DNA from: an uncultured Aliarcobacter sp.
GTDB taxonomy: Bacteria > Campylobacterota > Campylobacteria > Campylobacterales > Arcobacteraceae
Length of the DNA: 64,000 nt
Direction of reading: 5' to 3'
Assembly (NCBI GenBank): GCA_963664305.2
Contig: CAXXLV010000002.1
Location: 416,001 to 480,000, forward strand
In this document: positions 19,409 through 28,675 of the stretch, one piece after another
Layout of the letters: each line of letters opens with the position of its first letter
Numbering within the stretch: position 1 is the first letter of the stretch
Translations under genes and position numbers: made by a program
The notes under the pieces: model-generated
What the model saw: only the letters and a program-made list of their open reading frames with translations
What the model was told of the DNA's origin: nothing
Database searches by the model: none

Positions 19409-21779
19409 AAGATATAAATTTATGGTTAGTATTTTTTTCCTATTTGGTTCATTGACTCTATTTTTATCTACTTTCTTAATAAGTAATTTTTATTTAAGAG
19501 GATTAGAACAATCATATAAAATGTTAGAAGAAAAAAATCTTGAAATTACTTCAAATCTTTCAACTACAATTATGGAATCATTGAGAAGTATAGTAGGGCA
19601 GTTAAATGTTTTGTCAAAAATTACTAATAATAAAAATATTATTGAAAATGAAGATGTAATAGAAAAAGTAATGTGGGAGCAACTAAAATCAAATACAAAT
19701 ATTGCAAGTATTTTTTTAGCTGATGAATATGGAAACTTTTTTCAATCAAGAAGAGAACCCAAATTAGCCTATAGAACTATAAATAGAGTAGATTATAGGC
19801 AATTAGATACTTATTATTATAAAAATGAAGATTATAAAACAACATCAATTAGTATTAATAAATCAACTTATGACCCAAGAACAAGAGATTGGTATAAATT
19901 GGCAGAAAGTTCTAAAATTTATTGGTCTGAACCATATATATTTGATTCTACAAAAGAACCAGGAATTACTGTATCTATAGGTGATTTTGATGAATATAAC
20001 AATAAAATAAAAGTTGCAGCAGCAGATTTTACTTTAGCAAAAATATCTAAGTTATTAGAAGACAAGGCAGTTACATTAAAAGGAAATTTGATTTTATTTA
20101 ATGAATCAAAAGAAGTAATTGCAACTTCATTTAATACAAATTTAAAATCAAAAGATAATAAACTTCTAAAACTAGATGATTTAGATTTTTCTTTATATTC
20201 TGAAACTTTTAATAAGATACAAGAAGATATATTTACAGGAGAGTTAAAAGATAAAAAAGATAATGTGTATGTTTTTTTTGTTTCTAAATTAGAAAAAAGT
20301 AGTGGAAAAACTTGGTATGTTGCATCTTTTGTTAAAAAAGATTTGATTATTGAGGATATTAGAAATACACTTATTAATACAGTTTTTATCTCTCTTTTAA
20401 TTATTATAATTATTTATTTCCCAATACAATATATTTTAAGAAGATACGTAACTAAGCCAATTGATGAGCTAGAAAAATTGACAAATGAAATTGCAATGAA
20501 TCAATTTAAAAATGTTAAGCCTATAAAAACAATAATCTATGAATTTCATAAATTATCATCATCAATTGTAACCATGTCAGTTGCAATTCAAAAGTATGAA
20601 AAAGAACAAGCAAATTTAATGGATGCAATTATAAAAATATTAGCAGAAGCAATAGATGCTAAGTCTCCATATACAGGTGGACATTGTGAACGTGTTCCTG
20701 AAATTGCTATTTTACTTGCAAAAGTTGCAGATGATTCTAATCATGGAGAATTAGTAAATTTTAAATTTAAATCAGAAGAAGAGTGGAGAGAGTTTAAAGT
20801 TGCTGCTTGGTTGCATGATTGTGGTAAAGTTGTTATGCCTGAATATGTTGTTGATAAAGCTACAAAATTAGAAACAATTTATAATAGAATTCATGAAATT
20901 AGAACAAGATTTGAAGTTTTATATAGAGATGCTATTATTGAATATTATGAACAGTTATCTTTGAATCCAAATAACAAAGAAGAGTTAGAAAGTAGATTAA
21001 AACAAACCCATGAAAAACTTACATCAGATTTTGAATTTTTAGCAAACTGTAATGTTGGTGGAGAGTTTATGGAACAATCTAGTTTAGATAGATTAAAAGA
21101 AATTGCTCAAATAAAATGGAAAAGAAATTTTGATAATAGATTAGGTTTATCACATGAAGAGTTAAAAAGATTTAATAATGATAAACCTTTTGTTCCTACA
21201 TATGAACCTTTACTTCAAGATAACGTAGAACATTTGATAGAAAGAAGTAGAGATATTGATTTAAAAGAGTATGAAAAATTAGGTTTCAAAACGGAAGTTC
21301 CTAAATATGAAAGAAACCTAGGGGAATTATATAATCTTAGTGTGACAAAAGGTACATTAACAACAGAAGAAAGATACAAAATTAATGAGCATATTATTAT
21401 GACAATAAAAATGCTTGAAAATATACCATTTACAAAAAATCTAAGAAAAGTACCTGAATATGCAGGTGGTCATCATGAAACTATGATAGGTACAGGATAT
21501 CCTAGAAAATTATCAAAAGAACAATTATCTATACCTGCAAGAATTATGGCAATCGCTGATATCTTTGAAGCATTAACAGCTGCTGATAGACCATATAAAA
21601 AAGCAAAAACATTGAGTGAATCAATAAAAATTATGTTTTATATGAAAAAAGATAAACATATTGATGCAGACCTTTTTGATATCTTCTTAACAAGTGGAGT
21701 TTATAAAGAGTATGCTAAAAAATTCTTGCTTGAAGAACAAATTGATGAAGTGGATATTAGTCAATATCTAGATAAATAA
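19398..21779 (+). CDS. Membrane HD-GYP c-di-GMP phosphodiesterase with Cache sensor and HAMP domains
   Basis: TM, YDPRTRDWY...WSEPY (dCache), TM, HAMP, then YTGGHCERV, LHDCGK, HHETMIGTGYP and ADIFEALT..RPYK. Confidence 0.92.
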   Translation: MKNRRYKFMVSIFFLFGSLTLFLSTFLISNFYLRGLEQSYKMLEEKNLEITSNLSTTIMESLRSIVGQLNVLSKITNNKNIIENEDVIEKVMWEQLKSNTNIASIFLADEYGNFFQSRREPKLAYRTINRVDYRQLDTYYYKNEDYKTTSISINKSTYDPRTRDWYKLAESSKIYWSEPYIFDSTKEPGITVSIGDFDEYNNKIKVAAADFTLAKISKLLEDKAVTLKGNLILFNESKEVIATSFNTNLKSKDNKLLKLDDLDFSLYSETFNKIQEDIFTGELKDKKDNVYVFFVSKLEKSSGKTWYVASFVKKDLIIEDIRNTLINTVFISLLIIIIIYFPIQYILRRYVTKPIDELEKLTNEIAMNQFKNVKPIKTIIYEFHKLSSSIVTMSVAIQKYEKEQANLMDAIIKILAEAIDAKSPYTGGHCERVPEIAILLAKVADDSNHGELVNFKFKSEEEWREFKVAAWLHDCGKVVMPEYVVDKATKLETIYNRIHEIRTRFEVLYRDAIIEYYEQLSLNPNNKEELESRLKQTHEKLTSDFEFLANCNVGGEFMEQSSLDRLKEIAQIKWKRNFDNRLGLSHEELKRFNNDKPFVPTYEPLLQDNVEHLIERSRDIDLKEYEKLGFKTEVPKYERNLGELYNLSVTKGTLTTEERYKINEHIIMTIKMLENIPFTKNLRKVPEYAGGHHETMIGTGYPRKLSKEQLSIPARIMAIADIFEALTAADRPYKKAKTLSESIKIMFYMKKDKHIDADLFDIFLTSGVYKEYAKKFLLEEQIDEVDISQYLDK

Positions 21780-21800
21780 GTGGATTTTTCCACTTATTTA
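21773..21800. terminator. Bidirectional terminator overlapping both stop codons
   Basis: TAAATAAGTGGA-TTTT-TCCACTTATTTA. Confidence 0.75.
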
Positions 21801-22586
21801 TAAAATTTCTTCTACAAAATATCTATTGTTTTTTTCACCTATTGTTAGTTTTGTCTCAAAAATTTCAGATAGATTTTGGCTCGTTAAAATCTCTTCTTTT
21901 TTACCATATTTATAAATTGTATTATCATAAATTAAAGCTATATTCTCTATCTCTTCAAAAATCTCTTCTAAGTGATGAGTTACTAAAATAATTGATGAAT
22001 TAAGGGAAAGTTTTTTTAACATTTTTATAAAATTTATTTGTGCTTTTATATCAAGTCCTACTGTTGGTTCATCTAAAATAAATGCTTTTGGTTCATGAAT
22101 AAGTGCACGTCCAACTATACATTTTCTTAGTTGTCCTGTACTCATTTCAGCAACTTTTTTATCTTTTAAATCAACAATATCTAAAAATTCTAAAACTTCT
22201 TTTGCTTTTATAATTTGCTCTTTTGTAAAATCTTGGTGGGTAAAAATTCCAACTGAACTATAATGTCCACTTAAAACAACTTCAAAGCCGTTTAGATATC
22301 CTGCTTCTCTTGCGAAGTAGTTGTGTAAATCATTTGTGATTATTCCTAACTCTTTTTTTAATTCAAAAATAGAGTAAGTTGATTTTCCTAAAATCTCTTT
22401 TTTATAGTTGTTTGTTCTTCTTGGATGAATTTCTGATTGGATAACTTTCATCAAAGTTGATTTTCCACTACCATTTGCTCCAAGTATTGCCCAATGCTCA
22501 CCTTGTTTTATTTTTAATGTTACATCTCTTAGAACAATTTTTTCATCATAGCTTACATTTAAATTTTCAAAATCAATAATATTCAT
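21798..22586 (-). CDS. ABC transporter ATP-binding protein (ModF/YlmA-like, stand-alone)
   Basis: GANGSGKST, MSTGQ, ILDEP and VTHH motifs. Confidence 0.9.
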   Translation of the reverse strand: MNIIDFENLNVSYDEKIVLRDVTLKIKQGEHWAILGANGSGKSTLMKVIQSEIHPRRTNNYKKEILGKSTYSIFELKKELGIITNDLHNYFAREAGYLNGFEVVLSGHYSSVGIFTHQDFTKEQIIKAKEVLEFLDIVDLKDKKVAEMSTGQLRKCIVGRALIHEPKAFILDEPTVGLDIKAQINFIKMLKKLSLNSSIILVTHHLEEIFEEIENIALIYDNTIYKYGKKEEILTSQNLSEIFETKLTIGEKNNRYFVEEIL

Positions 22587-22670
22587 AATATTTCCTAAAA
22601 TAGTTCTTTTTAAGATACTACTAATTAATATTTAATATAATCCTTAAAATATATAAATAAAAGAGAAAAA

Positions 22671-23114
22671 ATGAGAGTTACAAGAATCAAAAAATTAATG
22701 ATTTCAGGAATTAGTACAATTACAAATAATGAATTAGAAATGAGTGAAGAGACTGGAAAAATAGCTGGACTTTGGGAAGAGTATTTTCAAAAAGATATTT
22801 ATAAAAAGACTTTTGATAAGGCAAAAAGTGATTATATGTATGGAGTTTATAGTAATTATCAATTTGATGAAACAGGAAATTATAAAGTAACTGTTGGGGT
22901 TGAAGTTACAAAACCAAAAAATGCCATAATTATTGAAGATAAAAAATATTTAGTATTTTCAAAACAAGGTGAACTTCCTATGATTGTAACTGATTTATGG
23001 GAAGAAATTTGGGGATATTTTGAAAAAAATAGTGAATATGAAAGAGCTTTTGAAATAGATTTTGAAAAATTTACAAATGAAGATGAAATAGAGATTTATG
23101 TTTCTATAAAATAG
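22671..23114 (+). CDS. GyrI-like/Cass2 effector-binding protein
   Basis: GI...TNNE, I..LW, YGVY, YLVF..G..P, W..IW and R.F..DFEK pattern. Confidence 0.85.
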   Translation: MRVTRIKKLMISGISTITNNELEMSEETGKIAGLWEEYFQKDIYKKTFDKAKSDYMYGVYSNYQFDETGNYKVTVGVEVTKPKNAIIIEDKKYLVFSKQGELPMIVTDLWEEIWGYFEKNSEYERAFEIDFEKFTNEDEIEIYVSIK

Positions 23115-23133
23115 AGTTATAAACGAATTTAAA

Positions 23134-23303
23134 ATGAAAGATTTTTTAGAAGAAACGCAAATAATATCGATAAAATCAAAGCTGATGTAAGTATCTCTGC
23201 AAAGCCATTTTTTGAAAAATCAGGGTTTATAGAAGTTAGAAAAAATGTTGTAAAAAGAAATAATGTTGAGTTGATAAATTTTAGTATGGAAAAAAACAAC
23301 TAA
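23134..23303 (+). pseudogene. Deletion-fusion remnant: short 5' start of one gene joined out of frame to the 3' end of a YafP-like GNAT acetyltransferase
   Basis: ATG 23134 reads MKDFLEETQII and stops after 18 codons. A different frame reads IDKIKADVSISAKPFFEKSGFIEVRKNVVKRNNVELINFSMEKNN*, a GNAT C-terminus, with no start of its own. Confidence 0.75.
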
Positions 23304-23320
23304 GAGGAAAAGGATAAGAT

Positions 23321-23557
23321 ATGCCATTTTCAAAAAAAGAAAAAGAAGAACTTTTAAAAGTAAAATATGTTGGTGAAACTGTTATAAAAAGATTTGAACA
23401 AATAGGAATTGACTCTTTAGAAAAGCTTTCAAATAGCAATGTAGAAGAGATAACAGATATAGTTTCAGATATCTTAGGAAGTTCTTGTTGGAAAAATTCT
23501 CCACAAGCAAAAAAGGCTGTTTCTAATGCTATTGAGTTTGCAAAAGAGAATAAATAA
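23321..23557 (+). CDS. Small helix-hairpin-helix domain protein
   Basis: LLKVKYVGETVIKRFEQIGI HhH pattern and CWKNSPQA; AAGGA RBS. Confidence 0.8.
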   Translation: MPFSKKEKEELLKVKYVGETVIKRFEQIGIDSLEKLSNSNVEEITDIVSDILGSSCWKNSPQAKKAVSNAIEFAKENK

Positions 23558-23588
23558 AGAAGAATAAATTAAAATCTATTCTTCTTTA
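23555..23588. terminator. Bidirectional terminator
   Basis: TAAAGAAGAATA-N10-TATTCTTCTTTA between convergent genes. Confidence 0.6.
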
Positions 23589-23592
23589 AGAT

Positions 23593-25581
23593 TTAATTAC
23601 TAAGCCAACTACTTAAAGCTCTTGGTTTTCCAAGATAATATCCTTGACCGTAAGTTATTCCTATTTTTGTTAATTCTTCCACATCTTCTTTTGTTTCAAC
23701 ATATTCTGCAACAGTTTCTTGATTTTTTAGGGTTGCTATTTCTTGAATATATTTTATAACTGCTTTATCAATTGGGTCTTTGTGCATATCTTTTATAAAA
23801 CTTCCATCTATTTTTACTACATCAAAAGGCATACTTTTTAAGTATTCAAAAGAGGCCATTCCTGTTCCAAAATCATCAAGAGCTAGTCCTATTTTTTTGC
23901 TTTTTAGCCAAGTAATAAATTCATTTGCCATATTAAAACTTCCAATTGCTGAACTCTCTGTTATTTCTAATTCAAGTTTTTCCCAAGGGAAATCAAAATA
24001 TTCAATTGCTTCTTTTACTTTTGCTTGGAAATCTGGATTATTCAAACTTGAACCTGCAAGATTTATATGTGCAGAGTGTAGTTTTTCAATATGTGCTTTA
24101 TCTTTTGTAACAGTTTCTAAATATGTCCAAAGTACATAACTATCTATTTCACTCATAAGTTGGTATCTCTCAGCCGCAGGTAAAAAACTATCAGGTGCGA
24201 TAAAATTATTATCTTTATCCCACATACGAATAAGTATCTCATAACCGATTTTATCACTTTGTTTTTGTAGTGGAACAATATCTTGAGCAAATAGTTCAAA
24301 CCTTGCTGGTCCATCTCTTAGAGCTTCTTTTATAAGTTGGGCGCTATGTTGTTCCCTTGAAAATCTTTTTATTGTTTCATCACTTTTATTATAAATATGA
24401 GATTTATTTCTACCTTTTTCTTTTGCTGTATAAAGTGCAGTTGAGCTAGCTTTTAAAAGCTCTTTTAATGTATATTCATAGGCTTTAAAATAAACAAGAG
24501 AAATTGATGCAGAAACACTAAAAGTTTCATTATGGTGTGAGAATCTAAAATCTTTTAGTTTTTCTAAACTCTCTTGTAAAAATGATTCTCCTTCTTCTTG
24601 GGTAGAATCACTAAGAAGTACCATAAATCCATTTCCATCAACCCTTGAAAAAGAGGCATTTTTAGGTAGTGATGTTTGAAAATAACCAACTATCATTTTT
24701 AAAAGTTCATCACCTGCTTGATAACCTGCTGAATCATTTATCAATTTAAATTGGTCAATGTCTAAATATAATAGATTGTAACCATTTTTATTCTCTTGTT
24801 TTAAAGAGTTTTTCAAACTATTTTCCATATAAAATCTATTAAAAATATTTGTTAACTGATCATGGGTAGCTTGAAAATGAAGCTCTTTTGAAGAAGTTGA
24901 TATTTGATTCATTTGATTGTTAAAGCCGTCAAATAACTCTTTTATTTCATTGTTTGCATTTGTTTCTACTTTTATGATTTTGTCATTTGTTGGGTCACTT
25001 TTTTTCATGGCATCTATTAAACTAATAAAAGGTTTTGTGTAACTTCTACTTAAAAATAGACTAAGAATTAAACCAAAAACTAAAGCAAAAGGAAAAATTG
25101 ACAAAATAGTATAAGTAGTTTCCATCTGTTTTTTTTGATAGCTACTCAGGTCAATATTAAAAAGTGCATAACCAAAGTCATATCCCTCAGCTACAATTTT
25201 TTCTTTTATCAATAAATCATCTTTTAAAAATACGATATTTTCAGAAAATATAACATCTTGAACACTTTGAATTTTGTTTATATTTGCGTATTTAAAGATG
25301 CCATTTTTATTTACATCGGTTAAAAGTAGACCTTTTACTTTACTAAATGCTGTAAGTCTGTATGTAATATCTGAAACCACATCTGCATTTGGGTTTAAGA
25401 TAATTTTGATTAAATCATTGTTCAAAGATTTTGTAATAGTATTAACTTCCACAAGTGCATTTTCTTTGTTCTCTTTTTTTTGATATTGATTTACAAAATA
25501 AAGAGTAGATAATTCAACCACACAAATTATAACAACCATAAAGATTGTTAATTGTATTTTTATATTAAATTTATTCCACAT
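23593..25581 (-). CDS. Membrane HAMP-GGDEF(degenerate)-EAL protein, probable c-di-GMP phosphodiesterase
   Basis: Two TMs and HAMP; the GGDEF site reads DGNGF; EAL domain with EIL, INL, EITES, LDDFGTG, KIDGSF, AEYVE and QGY. Confidence 0.9.
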   Translation of the reverse strand: MWNKFNIKIQLTIFMVVIICVVELSTLYFVNQYQKKENKENALVEVNTITKSLNNDLIKIILNPNADVVSDITYRLTAFSKVKGLLLTDVNKNGIFKYANINKIQSVQDVIFSENIVFLKDDLLIKEKIVAEGYDFGYALFNIDLSSYQKKQMETTYTILSIFPFALVFGLILSLFLSRSYTKPFISLIDAMKKSDPTNDKIIKVETNANNEIKELFDGFNNQMNQISTSSKELHFQATHDQLTNIFNRFYMENSLKNSLKQENKNGYNLLYLDIDQFKLINDSAGYQAGDELLKMIVGYFQTSLPKNASFSRVDGNGFMVLLSDSTQEEGESFLQESLEKLKDFRFSHHNETFSVSASISLVYFKAYEYTLKELLKASSTALYTAKEKGRNKSHIYNKSDETIKRFSREQHSAQLIKEALRDGPARFELFAQDIVPLQKQSDKIGYEILIRMWDKDNNFIAPDSFLPAAERYQLMSEIDSYVLWTYLETVTKDKAHIEKLHSAHINLAGSSLNNPDFQAKVKEAIEYFDFPWEKLELEITESSAIGSFNMANEFITWLKSKKIGLALDDFGTGMASFEYLKSMPFDVVKIDGSFIKDMHKDPIDKAVIKYIQEIATLKNQETVAEYVETKEDVEELTKIGITYGQGYYLGKPRALSSWLSN

Positions 25582-25584
25582 AGG

Positions 25585-26442
25585 CTATTTTTTCGAAATT
25601 GTAACAATTGGTAATTCAGTATCATTTCCCCATTCTTTCCAAGAAGCATCATAATTTGCAACATCATATCCTAGTTGACGAAGTGCAAAATAGTTTGATG
25701 ATGAAACTCTACCTATATCACAATAAGAGATGATTTTTTTGCTTTTATCCACATCTTTATATAGTTCTTCAAGCTCTTTTATATCTTTTAATTTAGAAAA
25801 ATTATTATTTGAAGAGATATTATGAATTGCAGGTCTACTTATAGCTTCTGGAATATGACCAAATCTTTTTGCATTAGACTCTTCTCCAATATATGCTTTG
25901 TAACTTCTAGCATCCATAATAAGCATAAAAGGGCTTTTTGTAGCAATTTGTGTTGAGAACTTTGTTGCTAATTTTTTGTTATCAACTGAAGCAATATAAG
26001 CACTCTCTTTAGTTTCTGTATTCTCTTTTGAAATAGGCAAATCAAGGTCACTCCACTCTTCAAAACCACCATTTAATAGTTTTACATGTTTAAATCCATA
26101 AACTTCTAAACTCCAAAATAATCTTGCAGCATCAAAATAAGTACCATCATCATAAATAACAACTTGGTCATTTACATCAAGACCTAATTTTCTTAAAATT
26201 TCTTGCATTTTATTTGGTTCAGTAAGTCTTCCATTTACAGATTTGTCATTGTAAGTTAGTGCAATTGGAAAAGATAAAGCATTTTTGATATGACTTTTCT
26301 CATATTCAACTGTTGGTCTCACATCTATTATTTTGTATGTTGAAATATCTTTAGATAATTGCTCTATTTGTAAGCGTAAATCCTCAGCATTTAAAGATAA
26401 AAAACTAAAGAATAAAAAGATTAATTGCAGTTTTAGTTTCAT
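25585..26442 (-). CDS. Secreted tandem-domain rhodanese (sulfurtransferase)
   Basis: Signal peptide MKLKLQLIFLFFSFLSLNA; DVR...HIKNA, AARLFW, LNGG, DAR...GHIPEA, active-site CDIGRVS and YDASW.EW. Start set to ATG 26442 (GGAG RBS). Confidence 0.88.
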   Translation of the reverse strand: MKLKLQLIFLFFSFLSLNAEDLRLQIEQLSKDISTYKIIDVRPTVEYEKSHIKNALSFPIALTYNDKSVNGRLTEPNKMQEILRKLGLDVNDQVVIYDDGTYFDAARLFWSLEVYGFKHVKLLNGGFEEWSDLDLPISKENTETKESAYIASVDNKKLATKFSTQIATKSPFMLIMDARSYKAYIGEESNAKRFGHIPEAISRPAIHNISSNNNFSKLKDIKELEELYKDVDKSKKIISYCDIGRVSSSNYFALRQLGYDVANYDASWKEWGNDTELPIVTISKK

Positions 26443-26592
26443 TGATTTACTCCAATAAAATAAAATAGTAATCATTCTAACATAATTCACTTGATTACTT
26501 TACAAATGAAGTTGTAAAAAATAATCTATATAAAGAGTATGATAAAAAATTATAGTAAGATATATGCCAAAATTAACTAATAAAGCAAAGAA

Positions 26593-27039
26593 ATGAAAGT
26601 AAAATATTTAGAAAAATTTTATGTTGCGGGAATCACAACAAGAACTAATAACAAAATAGAATTAGATGAAACAACAGCACAAATACCACAACTATGGCAA
26701 AGATATGTAGATGAAAATATTGAGAGTAAAATATTTAATAAGTCGAAAAATTTGCTTATATATGGAGTTTATAAAAAATCTGAAAAAGATGTAAATTCTG
26801 ATTATGATTATACAATTGGAGTTGAAGTTACAAAACCAAAAAATGCCATAACAATAGAAAAAGATAAATATTTAGTATTTTCAAAAAAAGGTGAATTTCC
26901 AGAATTAGTAATTGATACTTGGCATGATGTTTGGAATTATTTTAGTTCTTTAGAGTGTGAGTATGAAAGAACATATAATTATGATTTTGAAAAATATGTA
27001 AAAGAAAATGAAATAGAAATATATATTTCTATTAAATAA
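26593..27039 (+). CDS. GyrI-like/Cass2 effector-binding protein, paralog of 22671..23114
   Basis: Same motif set; shares GVEVTKPKNAI and KYLVFSK.GE.P. Confidence 0.85.
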   Translation: MKVKYLEKFYVAGITTRTNNKIELDETTAQIPQLWQRYVDENIESKIFNKSKNLLIYGVYKKSEKDVNSDYDYTIGVEVTKPKNAITIEKDKYLVFSKKGEFPELVIDTWHDVWNYFSSLECEYERTYNYDFEKYVKENEIEIYISIK

Positions 27040-27093
27040 AGTATCAATAAATCAAGAAATTTCATATAACTTGTACAAATAAATAATTTTAAA

Positions 27094-27108
27094 CTAAAGT
27101 TACTTTAG
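27094..27108. promoter_or_regulatory. Palindromic operator-like site upstream of adh
   Basis: CTAAAGT-T-ACTTTAG perfect inverted repeat ending 43 nt before the ATG. Confidence 0.4.
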
Positions 27109-27150
27109 ATAGATTGGAGTTAATAATTTTTATTTAAAAGGAGAATTATC

Positions 27151-28206
27151 ATGAAAGGTTTTGCAATGTTAAAAATAGGGCAAATTGGTTGGATAGAAAA
27201 AGATAAACCAATTTGTGGAAGTTTGGATGCAATAGTAAAACCTATTGCTGTTTCACCTTGTTCATCAGATGTACATACAGTTTGGGCAGGTGCATTAGGT
27301 GATAGACATGATATGATTTTAGGACATGAAGCTGTTGGTGAAATAGTAGAAGTTGGTTCTCTTGTAAAAGATTTTAAAGTTGGTGATAAAGTTGTTGTTC
27401 CCGCAATTACTCCTGATTGGAATAGTTTAGAAGCCCAAAGAGGTTATTCTATGCACTCAGGTGGTATGCTTGCTGGTTGGAAATTTTCAAACTTTAAAGA
27501 TGGAGTATTTGCAGAATATTTTCATGTAAATGATGCAGATGGAAATTTAGCACTAATTCCAGAGGGTGTAGACCCAATAGAAGCTGTAATGTTATGTGAC
27601 ATGGTACCTACAGGTTTTCATGGTGTTGAACTTGCTGATGTTCAGTTTGGGGACACTGTTTGTGTTATAGGAATTGGACCTGTTGGATTAATGGCAGTTG
27701 CTGGTGCAGCTTTGAGAGGTGCTTCAAAACTATTTGCTGTTGGTTCAAGACCAAAATGTATTGAAGTAGCTAAAGAGTTTGGCGCAACTGATATTATCAA
27801 CTATCGTGAAGGTGATATCGTAGAGCAAATAATGGAAAAAACACAAGGAAAAGGTGTTGATAAAGTTGTCATTGCTGGTGGAAATTCTGATACATTTGTT
27901 CAAGCTGTTAAAATAGTAAAACCTGGTTGAAGAATAGGAAATGTAAATTATTTAGGAAGTGGTGAGTTTATTCAAATTCCAAGAGTTGAATGGGGAAATG
28001 GAATGGCTCATAAAACAATAGTTGGTGGTTTGATGCCAGGAGGAAGGCTGAGAATGGAAAAATTAGCTTCTTTAATACAAACAAACAGAATAAGTCCTAA
28101 AAAACTTATAACGCACAAATTTAATGGAATGGAACATATAGAAGAAGCCTTACTTTTAATGAAAGATAAGCCAAAAGATTTGATTAAACCAGTTGTGATT
28201 TTTTGA
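27151..28206 (+). pseudogene. adh: Zn-dependent NADP(H) secondary-alcohol (isopropanol) dehydrogenase interrupted by one in-frame TGA at 27928-27930
   Basis: MKGFAML..., CSSDVH, GHEAVG and GIGPVG, then KPG*RIGNVNYLGSG...PRVEWG.GMAHK...KPKDLIKPVV. The two track ORFs share one frame and together give 351 codons. Confidence 0.88.
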
Positions 28207-28278
28207 TTAAAAGGTTATTAAAATTATAAGAAAGCATTATTATTGTATAATGGGGCATTTAATGTTTAAAGGAAAATA

Positions 28279-28629
28279 ATGAGTCAATTACCAAACTGTC
28301 CAAAATGTGGAAGTGAATATACTTACGAAGATGGAGATTTATATATCTGTCCTGAGTGTGCTAATGAATGGCCTCAAGATTCATCTTTAGAAAGTAGTGA
28401 TGGTGATACATTAGTTGTAAAAGATGCAAATGGTACTATTTTACAAGATGGAGATGATGTAACTGTTATAAAAGATTTAAAAGTTAAAGGAAGTTCTTCA
28501 GGTATAAAAGTTGGTACTAAAATCAAAGGTATTAGACTTGTTGATGGAAATGATGGTCATAATATTGACTGTAAAGTTCCAGGTGTTGGAGCTATTAAAT
28601 TAAAACAAGAGTTTGTAAAAAAATCTTAA
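28279..28629 (+). CDS. yjdM: Zinc-ribbon protein YjdM (PhnA family)
   Basis: CPKC..EYTYED...CPEC..EW and [19 protein letters not shown] motifs. Confidence 0.92.
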   Translation: MSQLPNCPKCGSEYTYEDGDLYICPECANEWPQDSSLESSDGDTLVVKDANGTILQDGDDVTVIKDLKVKGSSSGIKVGTKIKGIRLVDGNDGHNIDCKVPGVGAIKLKQEFVKKS

Positions 28630-28637
28630 AATGCTTT

Positions 28638-28673
28638 TTTATAAGAAGTTTTAAAATTAAAACTTCTTATAAA
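28638..28673. terminator. Bidirectional terminator
   Basis: TTTATAAGAAGTTTTAA-AA-TTAAAACTTCTTATAAA. Confidence 0.7.
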
Positions 28674-28675
28674 TC

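Noticed and set aside
22600..23600. Integron cassette array (small GyrI, GNAT and HhH genes)
   Set aside because: No attC-like RYYYAAC...GTTRRRY inverted structures between the genes and no integrase in the window.
27928..27975. Selenocysteine recoding of the adh TGA
   Set aside because: The aligned residue in homologues is Gly (KPGG), not Cys, and I see no SECIS-like hairpin just downstream. A GGA-to-TGA change is simpler.
28003..28206. 67-aa ORF as an independent gene
   Set aside because: It is the in-frame C-terminus of the interrupted adh.
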